DNA of 58,984 nucleotides, filler included, from 4 parts of 4 records of this genome joined end to end with filler, not necessarily neighbours in it, one strand, 5' to 3'. Counted from the whole stretch's first letter, positions 1 through 14,571 are shown. Notes: a model not told the origin generated them from the letters alone. Translations and numbers: made by a program.

Positions 1-18
1 CGACACGCTAGGGGCATA

Positions 19-3000
19 CTAGCTCTTCGGCGCAGCCCCGCGTTTCGCGACAGCAGCGAAAGCACCGGCGCGACTCGCGAGACCACCCTGGAGCTTTCCC
101 CATTTAGCCGACTTTGGTTTTCTCGGTGATCCAATTCCTTCCCCTGTGCGCACGCAAACGACAACAGGTAGCAAAACCGGGCGAGAGTCGAAGAGGAGAA
201 TCATGAGGGCACAAAAAAATTATAATAAAAAATCACCGCGCGGCTGGACGCGCACATCGATGCCTCTCGCAAGCCCCGACGAGAGCGAGCCGCAGCATGC
301 CGGTTGGCAGTCGTGCATTACATCTGGACCGCCTGTGCACGAGACCGCCATACCGCACCTTTAGGGGACCCCTTTGGCGATTTGTGCAGGTCCAAAAGCG
401 CCTGCTGTGCCATCTCTGCCATGCCGCCACCCGAAGACGACTTGCGCTTGGCGAGAGAGTTTCGCCGCTCTATCCTGCGCACGGATTCCATCTCCTTTTC
501 ACGGTCCAGGGCGTCACGCAGCACCTGTACGAGCACAGACCGACCATCATAGCATGCGCAGCTCTCAGATATTCAGCGCACTCTCACGCATTTACAGTGG
601 ATGTGGTGAAACATACACATCACCTTTCTGAGTGGCAGAAAGGTGGAGGGTAGAGGGAGAGGGTGGGCGGCGCACCTCTTCCTCCCAGATGAAGTCCTTT
701 TTGTACTTTTGCTCGTACTCGGCAATGGCTTGGCGAAGCTTCTTCTCGTTACTAAGCAGCCCGGACCGCACAAAGTCCAGGCGCTTGAATTCTGCAAGAG
801 ACGCATATTGAAGAAGCAAGCTGATCGTAAACGCACAAAAACAATCCATGTTTCCCCGCTTCGAGGAGCACCAGCAACCAAAGTGCGTCGTACAGGGTCT
901 GGCTCCGTCTGCCGTACGCAACAGGCGCAGGCGAGGTGAGCGGATCGACGATTTCTGTATCTCACTCCTACACAAAAACCTGATTGGCTGAAACGTACTC
1001 TTGTGCTGCTCCTTGACAGGGAGAGCTTGAATTTCACCAGACTCTTTGGCGTCGAGAAGTTGCTCGCATTCGCGTGCATATGACTCCTTCTGGTGGATTA
1101 GTTCCACAATAGTTGCCATCGTGCGATAAATCTGAACGGTAATGCACGCCAAACCCAAGGGGAACTGTAAGTGCGGTTTCCTAATCGAGCGGAAACAGCG
1201 GCAAATATGTGCACTGCCAACGCAATGACTAAGGCAACGACTCCCGCGCCGGAGTAAGTACCGCTTTTTCCGCTATTTTCCCCAGGCTGCCGGTTTACGA
1301 GGCCTCCACCATTATCGAACCTTTTCGAGTCGCTCGACTTCCATGCGATGCGAGTCAAGAGATTCAGGCGAAATAGCGCTCCGAGAATTGTCTTGCGCAA
1401 GACTAAATCCATAGCGCACATCATCTGTGACTCGCATAACATCCCAAAGTTTACGCAGCTTCTCGCGCTCCGCTTCAATTAGCTTGCGCAGCGTCTCTTT
1501 CTCCGCACCGCGCGCGACCGCGTCGCGGAAATCAGAAACCAGAGACCCAAGCTCGCCCGTGCTCATCGCCGCCAGGGCCGCAGGATCAGGATTGTCATCT
1601 GGGAACATCCCGTCGCGATCCTCTTCTTCGACTTCCATGGCGATGGAATGTTCCAAAAGCTCCAGCTGCAGCTGTGCAATGTCATCAACCAAGCGCAGAT
1701 GCGCCCGCAGTTCACTAGCGTCTTCCTGCACAAGACCACAAGTACCCAGCGAGCGGCGAGGTGGAAAAACACTGGATGAGGCTCCGCATAGCTTACGGCT
1801 CGCTCCGTGCTCAGGATGCGGAAGCAATCATCCATGTGATTTGCAGGCATGACAGCACATGGTCACCATAGCACAAGAAGTGAAATGGGCGTCACGAGTA
1901 CGCACATGAAGATTCACAGGGGGAAGAGGGCTCAAGGAGCAGTGTGCAGCGGCCCACCTTTGCAATCCATCGACCACTCTCGCAAGCACGAGCGCACGAC
2001 GTATTACATACCAAGAGACTATTCAATAATTACACCTGGTCACAATCACACCTGCCTACACGACAATCATATGTTTCGGTGGGTACATTCCTAATTCAAA
2101 CGCCAATAAGCTACTATATTAATAGGCGGAGGTTCGCATTCAGAAGTTTGTTGCACCTGCTTCGTGGCTCACTTCTGGCCGCATAGGCGACAAGGCAAAA
2201 CGTTCGCACGCTAGGTACCTTCGCAGGACGGCGTGTCGAAATATCTGCATTGCGTTTTCAACACTATCAAACCACTTTCACGAAACGGCAATACACAATA
2301 CACAAAGATATTCTCAGTCGAGAAGTAGCGCAAATGCCATGAAAGTGCTTGGTGTTTATCTTGCAAAAAAGAAAGCTAGAATACAAGGAATAGGTGCCAA
2401 CCCGTGCCTTTTTCTGTGCGACAGCCTCGGCCCGTTTCAAAAACTCCGCGAGGGCGATCAAAACGTTGCAATCCAAGCGAACACGAAGCCGCTGGTGAAG
2501 AGCCTTACGGGCGACCTGGTACATTGCTGACAGTTCCTTCACGACGTCGGGTGATACTGCTTCGCCCTCGCCTGCGTGACGACCAGAAAGCACCAAGGAA
2601 ACGGGGATGTGCACGCGCGACGCGGTATGAGCGAGGCGGCTGATGCACAGCGCAGATCAGACCACGAGTTTGCTGAGCAGGAAAACGAGCACATAGGATA
2701 GCACTGTGGCAGTTATTCTGCTGAGCAATGTAGCCTCGAACTTCAACGCGCAGATTACGCACATTGCGAACCCCCCGCACGACACACACATCCACTAAGC
2801 ACCCACTAAGCACACACTACGCACACAAAGCCTGTGACGCCCCCAGCACGTGTACATCCAAAATAAAACACGTTCGGCACGGTACTACGTCGTATGCTGT
2901 TCATCCCGCACGCTTACACCACACCTTCTGCGCTGGAGGCTCCAGACCGCGATCGCCGATCCTCGTTCTCCAGGGACCTAAGCAGCGCCTTCTTCTCCAT

Positions 3001-6000
3001 TGGTGCAAGGCGCATCTCGTCCCCGATCGACCGCAAACGCCGCGACAAGAAATCGATGCGTGATCTGCCGTTCCACAGGAGGCGTATACCGGCAGAATTA
3101 CGGTAAAACATGCCGCGAGTAAGCAGCCAAAACAAAGACAAGACAGGTGCATCACTGGGCCCTTGACGACCTTGCCGTCTGCTAGGACTCGTCCCCTTTG
3201 CAAGTATTGTACGATGCGTAAGAGCATGTAACTACACACTTTTCGTTCTACGAAGGATGAAGCACATCTCGTACTGGGCACAATGTGCATACGCAGCTCG
3301 ATTCAGGATCGACAAAGCCACATTATTGTCCCGGGGAGCGCGCAAGCGAGAGCTTTACCGCATACGCTTCCCGGATCGAGATATGCATGAACAGCGCGCT
3401 GCAACGTCTCCTCCAGCTATCGTGCAGGCTAGTGCGGAAGTGCCAAGGCACACGCGCCAAACTTTACCTCTGTTCAGCGAGCTCATCTGCACTTATCGCC
3501 GTTCGTTGTTCGAGTGTCAACGCGCGCGCGTGTGCCATAACTTGCTCAACAGAATTCCACATCTTCAGCCAATCCCGTGCGTAGTCATCGCAAAGCATTT
3601 TCGACTCGGCGATGCGCTTCACAACGGAGCTGCAGGCGAAAGACAGGACGCAGAGAACGAGTTCAACCGTTGTGCAAGCGCAAGCACCGAAAAAAATTAC
3701 AGCGAACCCATACACGAAAAGAAAACCGCCCGAAACTTTTCATTGTTTCAACAAGGAATAACGGCATGCTCCAGAAAGCCATCACGCGCTTTTGAAAATA
3801 CAACTCGCAACCATTGCTGTCCATTCCGTGCCAACCTGTATCAAGTTGCCGTGACATTGGTTAAGCAGAACAGATGCATGCAAGCCTCACAGCATGACCG
3901 CTCGAGAATCTATGTGAACAAGCTGAGCAACAAGCAAAGCGCCTGCATCTGGATATTATCACACAGCGGCTACAAGACGAAAAGGCACAAGTGCGAGACC
4001 GAGAGCACGCCTGCCGTGCCGGACTTCCCAGTCACGCAATAGCACAAGCGGCGATGCAAACCTCTTGTCCCAAAAGCCAGAATCGGGAACGCGCCAGCGA
4101 TCACGAGTCACGATTTCCGCAGCGACAACGCTATGTGTAGGCGTGTATTATTGCGACACGTACCTTGCGCGCTCGAATATCGACACGCCTTCGTCGGTGT
4201 ACGTTCGCCCCTGGGGCATCTCTGCCAACGCATAAGAGGACCACGAAAGCCCGGAGAATTTGTCGATATAATCGCCTAATGACAAACCGAAGAAACCCGA
4301 CATCGACTGGCGCCGCTTAAGCTGCGGGGCGGCGCGGAGATTGTCGATTCGCTTTCGGTTCTCGTTCTCAAGACGCATTTGGTCAAGCTCCTGCGCTATG
4401 GCCTGGACCATTTCGTCGCTGTATTCCCGGGCAAAGAGGTCTGGAACGCGAGCCCGCAGGTCTTCCTCGCTTAGGTCAAGCTCCTCTGCGAGACCGTCGA
4501 CCGCTTCCTTCAGGACATCAGCTTTGGATTTGTTCTCTCGGGCATGCTCGAGCGAGCGCAACAGTTCCTCGTAGCGAACTACAGCTTCGTCCGTGTACCC
4601 GAGACTCGACGTTGCCGTTTCCGCCGCACCCGCATCTGTCCCCATGCGTTGTCGAATCGAGTCGATGCGCTTCTTGTTTTCGTGATCGTGCTTCAGCGCC
4701 TCGAGCTTGGAGGCGTGCTGCGCTACGGCATCCTTTGTGTGCGCTAGCGCGCCGACTTGAGGAAGCATCGACTGGAGCTCTTCCGTTTCCATGTCGAGAT
4801 CCTTGGCGATGGTCGACATTGACTGCCGCATCTTTTCGATACGGCGCTTATTATCACGATCTTCCCGCAGCTTTGCTTCGATCTTCTCGAGAACTGCAAC
4901 CTGCTCATCGTCAAACTGATGGACCTCTGCCACTTTCGGGATCCACCCCTCGATCGTCTGTTGCGCCAAATCCAGCTCTTTGGCGTGTTCCTCGATGGTC
5001 CGTCGAATTTCGCGCATTTTACCGCGATTGCGTTCGTTCTTCTTTTCCTTCGCACCATGCAGCGGCTCAAGGCGTTTTCTCTCTCGAACATGGCTTGCAA
5101 GCGATTCCTCGTCCATGGCTTTCGACCGCATCATCCAAAATCGCTCACGCTCCGACTGCGGCATATCCAAGTCATACCAAATCTGGCGAATGCGGGCGCG
5201 CTCGTCGGTGATCATCTGCTCGATAACACGATCGATCAGCTGCTGCATGTACACTTCCGTCAGATGATCTCCCCCGCCACTTCCCGCGCCAACTCGCCCG
5301 CGACGAACTTTGGACTGCTGCCCGCGATGGCTGTTGCGCGCAGGAGAGCGCGAGCGCGACCCAGACCTGCGCCCTTTTCGCTGCGCTGCACTGCGGCGCG
5401 CCTCGTCAAACGCGCGCAATCTTCGCGGCTGAGGAGATTCGATCGTATTCTTCTTCTTTTTCGACGAATCAATGGCCCCATCGTCATTCAATACAATTGC
5501 CTTTTCGACACCAGTTGCACCAAGCTTAGATGCCTTTCCGCTGGTGGTCGCAGCTTGCTGCTCCGCAGACTGCGCAGCGTCGCGCTCTGCAGCCGTGTCC
5601 GCAGCGGGCGCAACTGCCGCCAGAGTTTGTTGCTTGCTCTCGTCTCCTGCGTAGTCACACAATTCGCACGAACATCACCACTGTACGTGAGCATTGGCTG
5701 TTGTTCGTGTAAACGAATGTCTGTACGTACGCCACCAAGAGAGGTAGATCGAGCCACATCCTTCGTGCTCAGCAACGATAGCCTCTCTGGGCAACTTTGG
5801 AACTGCCGCGCACAACAGGGCGGCACAAACGAAACGCTGCCGCAGCTGCACCACACTCCAGTGCTGCCAGGGTAGCGCCACCAGCATTTGGGTTAGGCCA
5901 CGAAGCAGACGTGTTTCGTGTGCATGTCTGTTATGGCACACATTGCACAATATTATTTAAACACCATGTAGCTTGCCGTGTGCTCTTGCAAGCGGGCAAT

Positions 6001-6174
6001 GCGGCAGCGCTCGCATCGTGCCGTTTCTCGACGCAAACAGCAGTGGTGCCCTGCTTGGACGCCCGAACAGCAAACCGCATCCGCGCACACGGCGGCGGAA
6101 GCCTTACCGAGGAAGTTTGCGATAACATTTTCGACCCACGCGTGCGCCTCGTCCACAATCTTACTCACATCCAT
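19..6174 (-). CDS. Multi-exon eukaryotic gene, MAP65/Ase1/PRC1-like microtubule-bundling coiled-coil protein
   Basis: Phase-compatible GT-AG exons: 6174-6108 (MDVSKIVDEAH..), 5802-5731, 5646-4164, 3629-3468, further exons inside ORFs 2914-3141, 2267-2614, 1312-1827 and 592-1158, then 524-359 and 143-19 (stop TAG). Motifs IRQIWYDLDMPQSERERF, LRKLWDVMRV and NEKKLRQAIAEYEQKYKKDFIWEEE resemble MAP65/Ase1 helical repeats and the conserved C-terminal domain. Middle exon borders not fully resolved. Confidence 0.6.
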
Positions 6175-6852
6175 AGCAAGGAAGCTTGCTTGTAGATTGT
6201 TCAGAGAGCGAACAGCGAACACGGACGGATCGAGGAAACCGAAGCTGCCCAGAGCGCGCACACAGGCGTCGTTTCAAAGGCACTGCGTCGCCAGCCTAAG
6301 CAAAAAGAACAGATAAGCTCCTGAGCAGCCTCGTACTTCACGCGCACAGGATGTACTTGGTGAATGGACTTGAGTGTGGTGCAGTTGCTCAACGGTTGCT
6401 CTGAATGGCGTCAAAGCGCCCTCCGTCGCCGCTAGCGCGCGGCAAGCCAGGTGTGCGGCGCAACTGCTCCTCGCGCTACCGCGCAAACAGGAGCGAGCGA
6501 GCGCTCGTCCCGTCATACTAGGTTATCGCACTAGGGCTGAATTTATTGCCAGAGTGCTCCTGACTGCGGGCGTCGCAGGAAACGGCTGTGGTGCTTTTAA
6601 TATAGCCCCATTACTAATGTGCGTTCAAGTCATATAAATGGGAGAAGTATCGGCCATGGCTGGAAGCGACCTTGCGCCTGTGGCAGTATCTCTGTGGCAG
6701 CAGGCTGAGGCGCAGCAATTGCCTTTTTTTTTGGCAGCTCAGACGTTTCGCCTACCTTCCGCCTGAGCTGCAGACTGCTGCCGTGAGCGTTTCGCATTCG
6801 CTTCGCTCTCGTGGTCCTCTGTAGTTTGCTTGTTCTCTTTTCTTTCCGCCAG

Positions 6853-9800
6853 GAGGTTCTGGGCCTGTATACCGAGGAGCAATGGGAGACGAGCACCGTC
6901 AGACTATCAGTGGCGGCAAGCGGACAACGCTTGCCGCAGCTCTTGCGGGCAAGGTACGACGGAGCTTTCGGTTCGTCGAAAGCGGCGCACCTTGGTGGGC
7001 CGTGCTTTTTGCAAGCTGACGGCCGGGCGCAGGAAGGGCATGCGCGCAGGCGTGCGGGCGGCCGCCTCACCGGAAGGCCGGGTAGAGTCCCGGCGTAACG
7101 CTCTCGGCTCCTGCCTTCGACGGCAGCATGCACAGTGTGGTCGTGTTCGCGTGTCCTCCGATGGATATGCGGAGTAAGCGGCTCTTCTTAGGAGTAGTGG
7201 GGGGGGGCAGCTTCGTCGCACTCGGGCCCTGTCCGACGCTTGCGAACTCCTGTGCGTGTAGTATTTTGTTGCGAGCTCGCCGCCGCTGCCTGCAGCGACT
7301 CTGCGCGCGCGCCTGCCTCGCGTTCCCTGCTGCAACCGTACGCACGCGCACACGGGCGCCCGCCGGATGGAGAGCCCGCTAAAGTAGCTGCACCTTGACT
7401 CTCTGCTGAGCGATTTGGATGCTTACCAGAAAGCGCCAAGCACTCTGAGGATGTGTGGCGGGGCACCCGCACGCAAAGCAGCGCACGGATACGCTCGCGA
7501 AACTCGTCGGCGTAGCACGGCGTGCGGTAGCTAGTGCCGGCGCCAGGAGGGGAGTCGCGCCAGTTGCAGGCGCTGGCAAGGGCGCCCCCTGTGTTGCAAG
7601 TGCAGCGCGCGCAGCTCGTCGTCATTCGCCCCGGCGCAGTCTGAAAGTATCCGAGCCCCTTTTACCTCAACATATCACGTACATGCGAATCACATCGTGA
7701 ACTCAAACTTTTATCAAATGCAAGGAGCGTGATGAAATTATCTGTATCTATTTCGCTGCTAGACCCGAGCGTGAGGCTGCGGTGGGCGCGCTTGTCGACG
7801 TTGTGCTCCCAGCGCTGTTGAACGCCAGAGTGCAAGCGAATTATGATCAGCATGTAGAGTTTCTCTTGTTGGCGCGGTCAATAAGTGACGTTTGATCGCT
7901 CTGCAGACTCGCTTCGCCTCGCTGAGGCAGCACTTTCCCGCGGCGTTTGCTTTTCTACGCTTGCTTGTCGTTTCGCAACTCAATGATCTCTCTTTCCCTC
8001 CGATCTGAATCCGGAGTCCATCATAGCACCACGTCATTCTTTGGAGGTTCTTTTATTACAATATGTACCCGCCAGCATGGCCTGTTGCGCATCGCAGGCG
8101 AAGCTCTCAAGACAGCTACCGCTCGGTGCGGGCGTGCGTGTTGGTATTCAAGCAGAGCGTTCTCGAGCTGCAGCGCGATTCTGGTACATGCTAGCCACAG
8201 CTCGTATAATTTTCGCCTGTTATTTGTTTAAAGACACCCAAGTTGGGATATACCACAACAATATAGCTTACTGCAATTATGCGTTCTGTGTATTCGCGAA
8301 TCGCATGGCTTAACCTTGGTAATTTGAATCTCTGTCGTTCGCTTACACAGCCAAAGGCCGACGCGGACCCGGCACAGCAGGGAGCTGCAGGCGCGCCGAC
8401 AAGCGACGGGAGCGTGGCGCGCAAGGCGGCAAATCTGACGGAAGACTCAGCACCCGCCTCCAGCAAAGCACAGGGCTCGTCGTCCTTTCTACGTGCAGTA
8501 CAGCCTCGAGCACGGTACTCTCTTTTCCAAAAGATCCCCGCCGGTGCACTGGATGGCGCCCTGGGAGACGGGTGCGTTCTGCGACGGCGGCGGCGAAGTG
8601 TGCTGCTCGGCCATGCCCGTGCGCACCCTTCTCGCTTACTGCCGTTGCACTTCCCCGGAGTTTTTCCCGATTCTGTCATGCGAATCCACGCGAGTACGAA
8701 TGCAGGGTATCTTGATGTATAGACGTACTATTGTACGAGCGATGTAGTTGTTTGGTTTCTTGTTTTCCTTGTCTTTTCCCTCGCGCACTTGCCTGGTAGC
8801 ATCTTCCAGTTGTGCTGCTAGACTGCTCTTGTCTGCCCGCGTCACGGCATCGGTTGCTCGACTCCCCGTTCTCCCTCAAACGACGGCTGCGCCAGAAGTC
8901 ACTCTGCCTGTCTTCATCGCATGATACCTTGATCACTTATCGATATCAAAGTGCTCAAGCCAGTCCAACGCTGTACTTCTTCGTCGTCTGTGTAGAAATC
9001 GTCGCGGAACTGTACTTGGACCAGGTGCTGCTGCGAGCGCAGCTGCTGCGGATTCAGCTGGACCCACAGGGCGACGTACGACTCTGGGGGGAGGTGCGTG
9101 TCCGCTGCCCGAGTAACGTCACGTGACTGGACAGGATTGGGTTTCGCGGGACTCTTTTGCTCGTATTCCGTTGCTCTACAGCGAAGATTAGCTATGCCCG
9201 GAGTGCAAGTTCCTCGCTTCCACGTCTTATTGCGGAAATGGCAGTACGCTTAGAGGCTTGGCCGTTGCATTCTTCAGCTTGCTGCGCCTTTCCTCCCGCC
9301 GTGTTCTGACCTTTACCTATCCACGCATCCTTTTGTCCACACCTTGAATATATCTGCAGAATCGTACGACAACATGTATAGGTACGCGCTCGCATTGCGT
9401 AGTGCATTGTCAGTGCACGTCAGGTCGCACCCCCAGTTACACGGCCGCGTTCGGTCAGCATGCCAGGCAGCAACGCCGCGACTGGGCCTGCCTCTGCGCA
9501 GGAGACCTTTGCACAGTACTACAATTTCGAATGATTTGTTTTATGCGTACCTTTGTGATGATTGCAGTGCTTTTTTAAAGGAGAGCCACACGTATGCGGA
9601 GCTTGTCACCGACCTCAAGAATACGGAAACGTCAAAGTTCATTCTTCTGAACACCCTGAAGAGGTGCGCTTGAGAGACGGGTCGATTCCTAAACACATCT
9701 GTGATGGAAACGACAATATGATTTGTACAAGCTGCGCAAGCGGAATATGGCGCCTGGTGCTACTCCAGAACAACGGCGCTGCTTTACTGTCTCACAGCAA

Positions 9801-11276
9801 GCCGGGCTGCCGTTGTATGCGGTCCCTTTTGCTCCGTTCTGGCAACGTTCCCGCAGGTCGTTCATCGATCCACTTGTCGATGGTCATGGAGAGGGCCAAG
9901 GTGTCCTGCAGCACAACGTTATTGCGGTCGCATGTACGTCTTCTTCGGGCGATTGCCAAGCGAACCACCAGCATGCCTGTGCGCATATGCCACATGCGCG
10001 TGGCATGTACTCGGACGAGCTGCGTATGCCTATAGTGCGCTCGCTCGCGTGTACAGCCGGGGATTCGCGCCGCCTCCACCGTGCACTGGAGTGCTCACTT
10101 CGAAGCCACAACAGAACGGCGCACATTCTTCCAGCAGTGGCGTTTGTACCTTATCATCACGGCTTTCGTTTCGTTCTGTGTGGCACTGTTGTTGCAGGGG
10201 CCTTCGCGCCGGTGCTGCAGTTGTGCGACGTGCAGAAGTCAGTGACCTGTACGTTTTGGTCAGAGAGACTGTCCGCCGATGTTGTCAGCTTTTGTCCACA
10301 GGATTTTCGGTATATTTTCGACGTCGTTGCAACGTCATTAGGTGTTGCCATTGGTATTATGGGGTTGTAGAGTCTCCACGCGCGCACGGGTCGGTGCGCT
10401 TAACGATTGAATTTGGTGCAGTGTTCACGGACATGCCGTTGCATTTTCGCTGCATGGCGTTGGCCGCGGCGACGCGGAGAAAGTACGCGTGGTGGGGCAG
10501 ATGCGCCAAGGCCGAACTGGACTTCTGGTGTTTGTGTGCAGATATGCTGTAGATTGAGGGCATCGTGCGCAGGAAAGCGTGACTGTTGCATTGCGAGAGA
10601 TGGCATGCCTTACGCGCGCGGCCACTGGTGACCTTACCGCCGATGCATGCGTGCTGTGTGGTGCGCACTTGATTTTCTTTTGTTTGTTTCTTCCGAATCG
10701 CAGCTGGACTGGCAAAAATCATGCGAACATCGCGTGACTCTGCGCCGGATGTTGAAGCCTTTACTGCGCTGCTTCTTGAAAAGTACAGCGGATACACCGC
10801 GTATGCCAAGTGCGTTCAGACGTTGCATTGTGCAGCTGCTGTAGTTGAGTTTGTTATCTTGTACTTTTTGTATGTTTTTTTACATATGTTCATATTAGTA
10901 TTTTCTTCGTTCGGTTCTTCCGGCGCAGTTTGTGTCAACAGCAGAGCTAGCGCACGGTACATGTATGCGAACAAAGATGGCACAAAGTGGTAGTATGGCA
11001 TGCCCTATCGTGTGCATATCTTTCTATATGTAGATATCCATGCATATATTCATTTCATTCCAGCTGATGATGTACATTAGAGAGAAATTATTACAAGGGA
11101 CAGAATGGGTTCCTCGACAGCATACTTATGGCGCTGCGTTGGTTTCCTCTGTATTTTTGTTTGCTTGTTTGTTTCCCTTTGCAGGGGCTTTGCTGCACGG
11201 TTTTGCACGATTGTGCGTGCGAGACATATGTTTCCCAAGGTGGACGAATTCATGCGCAAAATGGCTCGCAAACTCG
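6853..11276 (+). CDS. Multi-exon eukaryotic gene of unknown function; start unresolved, probably runs off the contig end
   Basis: Series of pyrimidine-tract-AG / GT-bounded exons with protein-like translations: 6853-6953, 8351-8514, 8996-9093 (EIVAELYLDQVLLRAQLLRIQLDPQGDVRLWGE), 9568-9663, 9857-9933, 10704-10809, 11185-11276. The 9663/9857 junction is phase-compatible; others not all checked. Confidence 0.45.
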
Positions 11277-11298
11277 GTAGCAAAGACTTTAATATTCT

Positions 11299-11398
11299 NN
11301 NNNNNNNNNNNNNNNNNNNNNNNNNNNNNNNNNNNNNNNNNNTTAATTAATTAANNNNNNNNNNNNNNNNNNNNNNNNNNNNNNNNNNNNNNNNNNNN
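11299..11398. other. Artificial contig linker (N44-TTAATTAATTAA-N44)
   Basis: N runs flanking a 12-mer with stops in all six frames; sequence character switches from eukaryotic to bacterial across it. Confidence 0.98.
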
Positions 11399-11917
11399 CT
11401 GACGGTCACCGATGATCAGCTCACGCTGACCACGACCGATTGGCACCATGGCATCGATGGACTTCAAACCTGTTTGGATCGGCTCGTCAACGGACTGACG
11501 GGTAATAACGCCAGGCGCTACTTTTTCTACCGCATCAGTCATTTTGGCGTTGATATCGCCTTTGCCGTCGATGGCATTACCCAGCGCATCGACCACACGA
11601 CCTACCAGCTCAGGGCCTACCGGCACTTCTAGGATACGACCCGTACACTGAGCGGTCATGCCTTCTTGAAGTTGCAGGTAGTCACCCAAGACAACGGCAC
11701 CAACGGAGTCACGCTCCAGGTTCAGTACCATGCCAAAAATGCTGTTAGGGAATTCAATCATTTCACCAAACATCGCGTCTTCGAGGCCGTGAATTTTCAC
11801 GATACCGTCGGAAACGCTGACGATGGTGCCCTGATTACGGGCTTCGGATGCGACGTCAAGCTTCTCAATTCGCTGCTTGATGATGTCGCTGATCTCGGAA
11901 GGATTCAGTTGCTGCAT
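11399..11917 (-). CDS. atpA: F0F1 ATP synthase subunit alpha, N-terminal part, truncated by contig end
   Basis: [42 protein letters not shown], cut at the Walker A motif. Confidence 0.97.
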
Positions 11918-11933
11918 GCCATGTCCCTCAGAC

Positions 11934-12467
11934 TCAAGCGGTCAGCGCTTCGGAAAGGCGGTTCAATCGACCACGTACCGAACCGTCAATAACGGTATCG
12001 CCAGCACGTAGGATGACACCACCAATAAGCGTCTTGTCCACTTGAGTAGTAATGGAGATTTCGCGATTCAGACGTTTCTTAAGCGCGTTCGCTAGCTTGG
12101 TCTGCTGTGCGGCAGTCAGCTTATAAGCTGACGTAACCGTCACATCAACACGCTGTTCATGTTCGGCACGTAAGTACTCGAACTGTTCAGCAATGAAGGG
12201 CAGTGCTAACAAACGACCTTGGTCAGCCAGGGTATCCAAAAACCGCGACAGGTCTTCCTGCTTTTCGGGCAACATATCCGAAAGCAGCGCTACCTTTTTG
12301 TCGTTTTCAAGTTTTGGACTACCCAACAGACGACGTAGATCGCTGTCAGCTACCGCAGCGCTTAAAAAACCAAGCGCTTGGGTCCAGCTATCAAGCGCCT
12401 TATGATCACGCGCGTATTCAAACGCCGCCTTAGCGTAAGGACGAGCGACGGTAAGTAATTCCGCCAT
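11934..12467 (-). CDS. atpH: ATP synthase subunit delta
   Basis: [38 protein letters not shown]; operon position. Confidence 0.97.
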   Translation of the reverse strand: MAELLTVARPYAKAAFEYARDHKALDSWTQALGFLSAAVADSDLRRLLGSPKLENDKKVALLSDMLPEKQEDLSRFLDTLADQGRLLALPFIAEQFEYLRAEHEQRVDVTVTSAYKLTAAQQTKLANALKKRLNREISITTQVDKTLIGGVILRAGDTVIDGSVRGRLNRLSEALTA

Positions 12468-12478
12468 GGGTCACCTCC

Positions 12479-12949
12479 TTACAGTTCAGCAGCAAGCTCA
12501 TCAAGTAACTTGCGATGTGCTTTCTCGTCGACCGAAGCTTCTAGCACACGCTCGGCACCAATAATGGCAAGATGAGAAACTTGGGCACGAAGCTCGTCTT
12601 TTGCACGATTAACTTCTTGCTCAATTTCAGAACGTGCACTAACCATAAGGCGTTCGCCTTCGGCGCGGGCCTGTTCGCGTGCTTCTTCAACCATTTGAGC
12701 AGAGCGCTTATTGGCTTGCTCGAGGATTTGAGAAGCCTGCTCCTTGCTTTCACGCAGCGTTTGCTCTGCACGTTCTTGAGCAAGCTCAAGATCGCGAGTA
12801 GCACGGCTGGCTGCGTCTAAGCCATCAGCAATTTTCTTTTGACGCTCGTGAAGCGCGTTGCTGATCGGAGGCCACACATACTTTATGCAAAACCAGACAA
12901 AGATCGCGAAGGCGATCGTCTGCCCGATAAGCGTCATGTTGATATTCAC
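12479..12949 (-). CDS. atpF: ATP synthase F0 subunit b
   Basis: [28 protein letters not shown] plus coiled coil. Confidence 0.97.
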   Translation of the reverse strand: MNINMTLIGQTIAFAIFVWFCIKYVWPPISNALHERQKKIADGLDAASRATRDLELAQERAEQTLRESKEQASQILEQANKRSAQMVEEAREQARAEGERLMVSARSEIEQEVNRAKDELRAQVSHLAIIGAERVLEASVDEKAHRKLLDELAAEL

Positions 12950-13027
12950 AGGGATGTACCTCTGACAAGTTCGTGGCGACCGGAGTGAAACAAAACCGAG
13001 CGGGACTGCCGCCCGGCTAAGCTGTCA

Positions 13028-13273
<246 letters not shown>

Positions 13274-13335
13274 TCAAGTTAAAGGTCAAGGTTGAGGGTT
13301 GATGTTAAGGGTTAATCTCTAACAAGCAGCACGTC

Positions 13336-14175
<840 letters not shown>

Positions 14176-14571
14176 TCAATTAGTTGTGCGATTCCCAAGC
14201 ATTAGCCATGGTGCTAACCAATGCGTCAGAACAATCGCAACATAAGCGCAAAAAAAGAAAGCGGGGTTTGAGGGGGGCACTACAACGAACACCAATGAAA
14301 AAAGTGCCACCGTCAAACCAAACTTGCCTGCTTCGGCGCGAAATAGGTCCATTGCGCGCGGAGCGCGATGCCTTGTTCGAAAAATTCCCATTCGCTGTAT
14401 AAAAAAAATGTGCGGCAACAGCGCCACTAATGCTCCTGTAGCTACCGACAATACGCCTGCCATATGAGCAACAGGGAAAGCCAATAGCATACCGACTAGC
14501 GTCATTAGCAGCTGAATTGCTGTCAGCCTGAAGAAGTAAGCTTTTCGCCGTTGGGTCTCAAGTCGCTGCAT
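14176..14571 (-). CDS. atpI: ATP synthase protein I
   Basis: Hydrophobic 131 aa with FRAEAGKF motif, first gene of atp operon. Confidence 0.85.
   Translation of the reverse strand: MQRLETQRRKAYFFRLTAIQLLMTLVGMLLAFPVAHMAGVLSVATGALVALLPHIFFIQRMGIFRTRHRAPRAMDLFRAEAGKFGLTVALFSLVFVVVPPSNPAFFFCAYVAIVLTHWLAPWLMLGNRTTN

Noticed and set aside
4919..5875. Long plus-strand ORFs opposite the coiled-coil exon (also 45305-46063 and 48886-49845)
   Set aside because: Antisense shadows of GC-rich coding exons with no protein-like signal
9650..9800. Minus-strand PLFWSSTRRHIPLAQLVQIILSFP resembling a hAT transposase dimerisation motif
   Set aside because: Short, flanked by stops, lacks the ER.FS motif, and lies mostly in an intron of a better supported plus-strand gene
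11343..11354. TTAATTAATTAA palindrome present three times
   Set aside because: Embedded in N runs with identical geometry; an assembly spacer, not a biological repeat or att site
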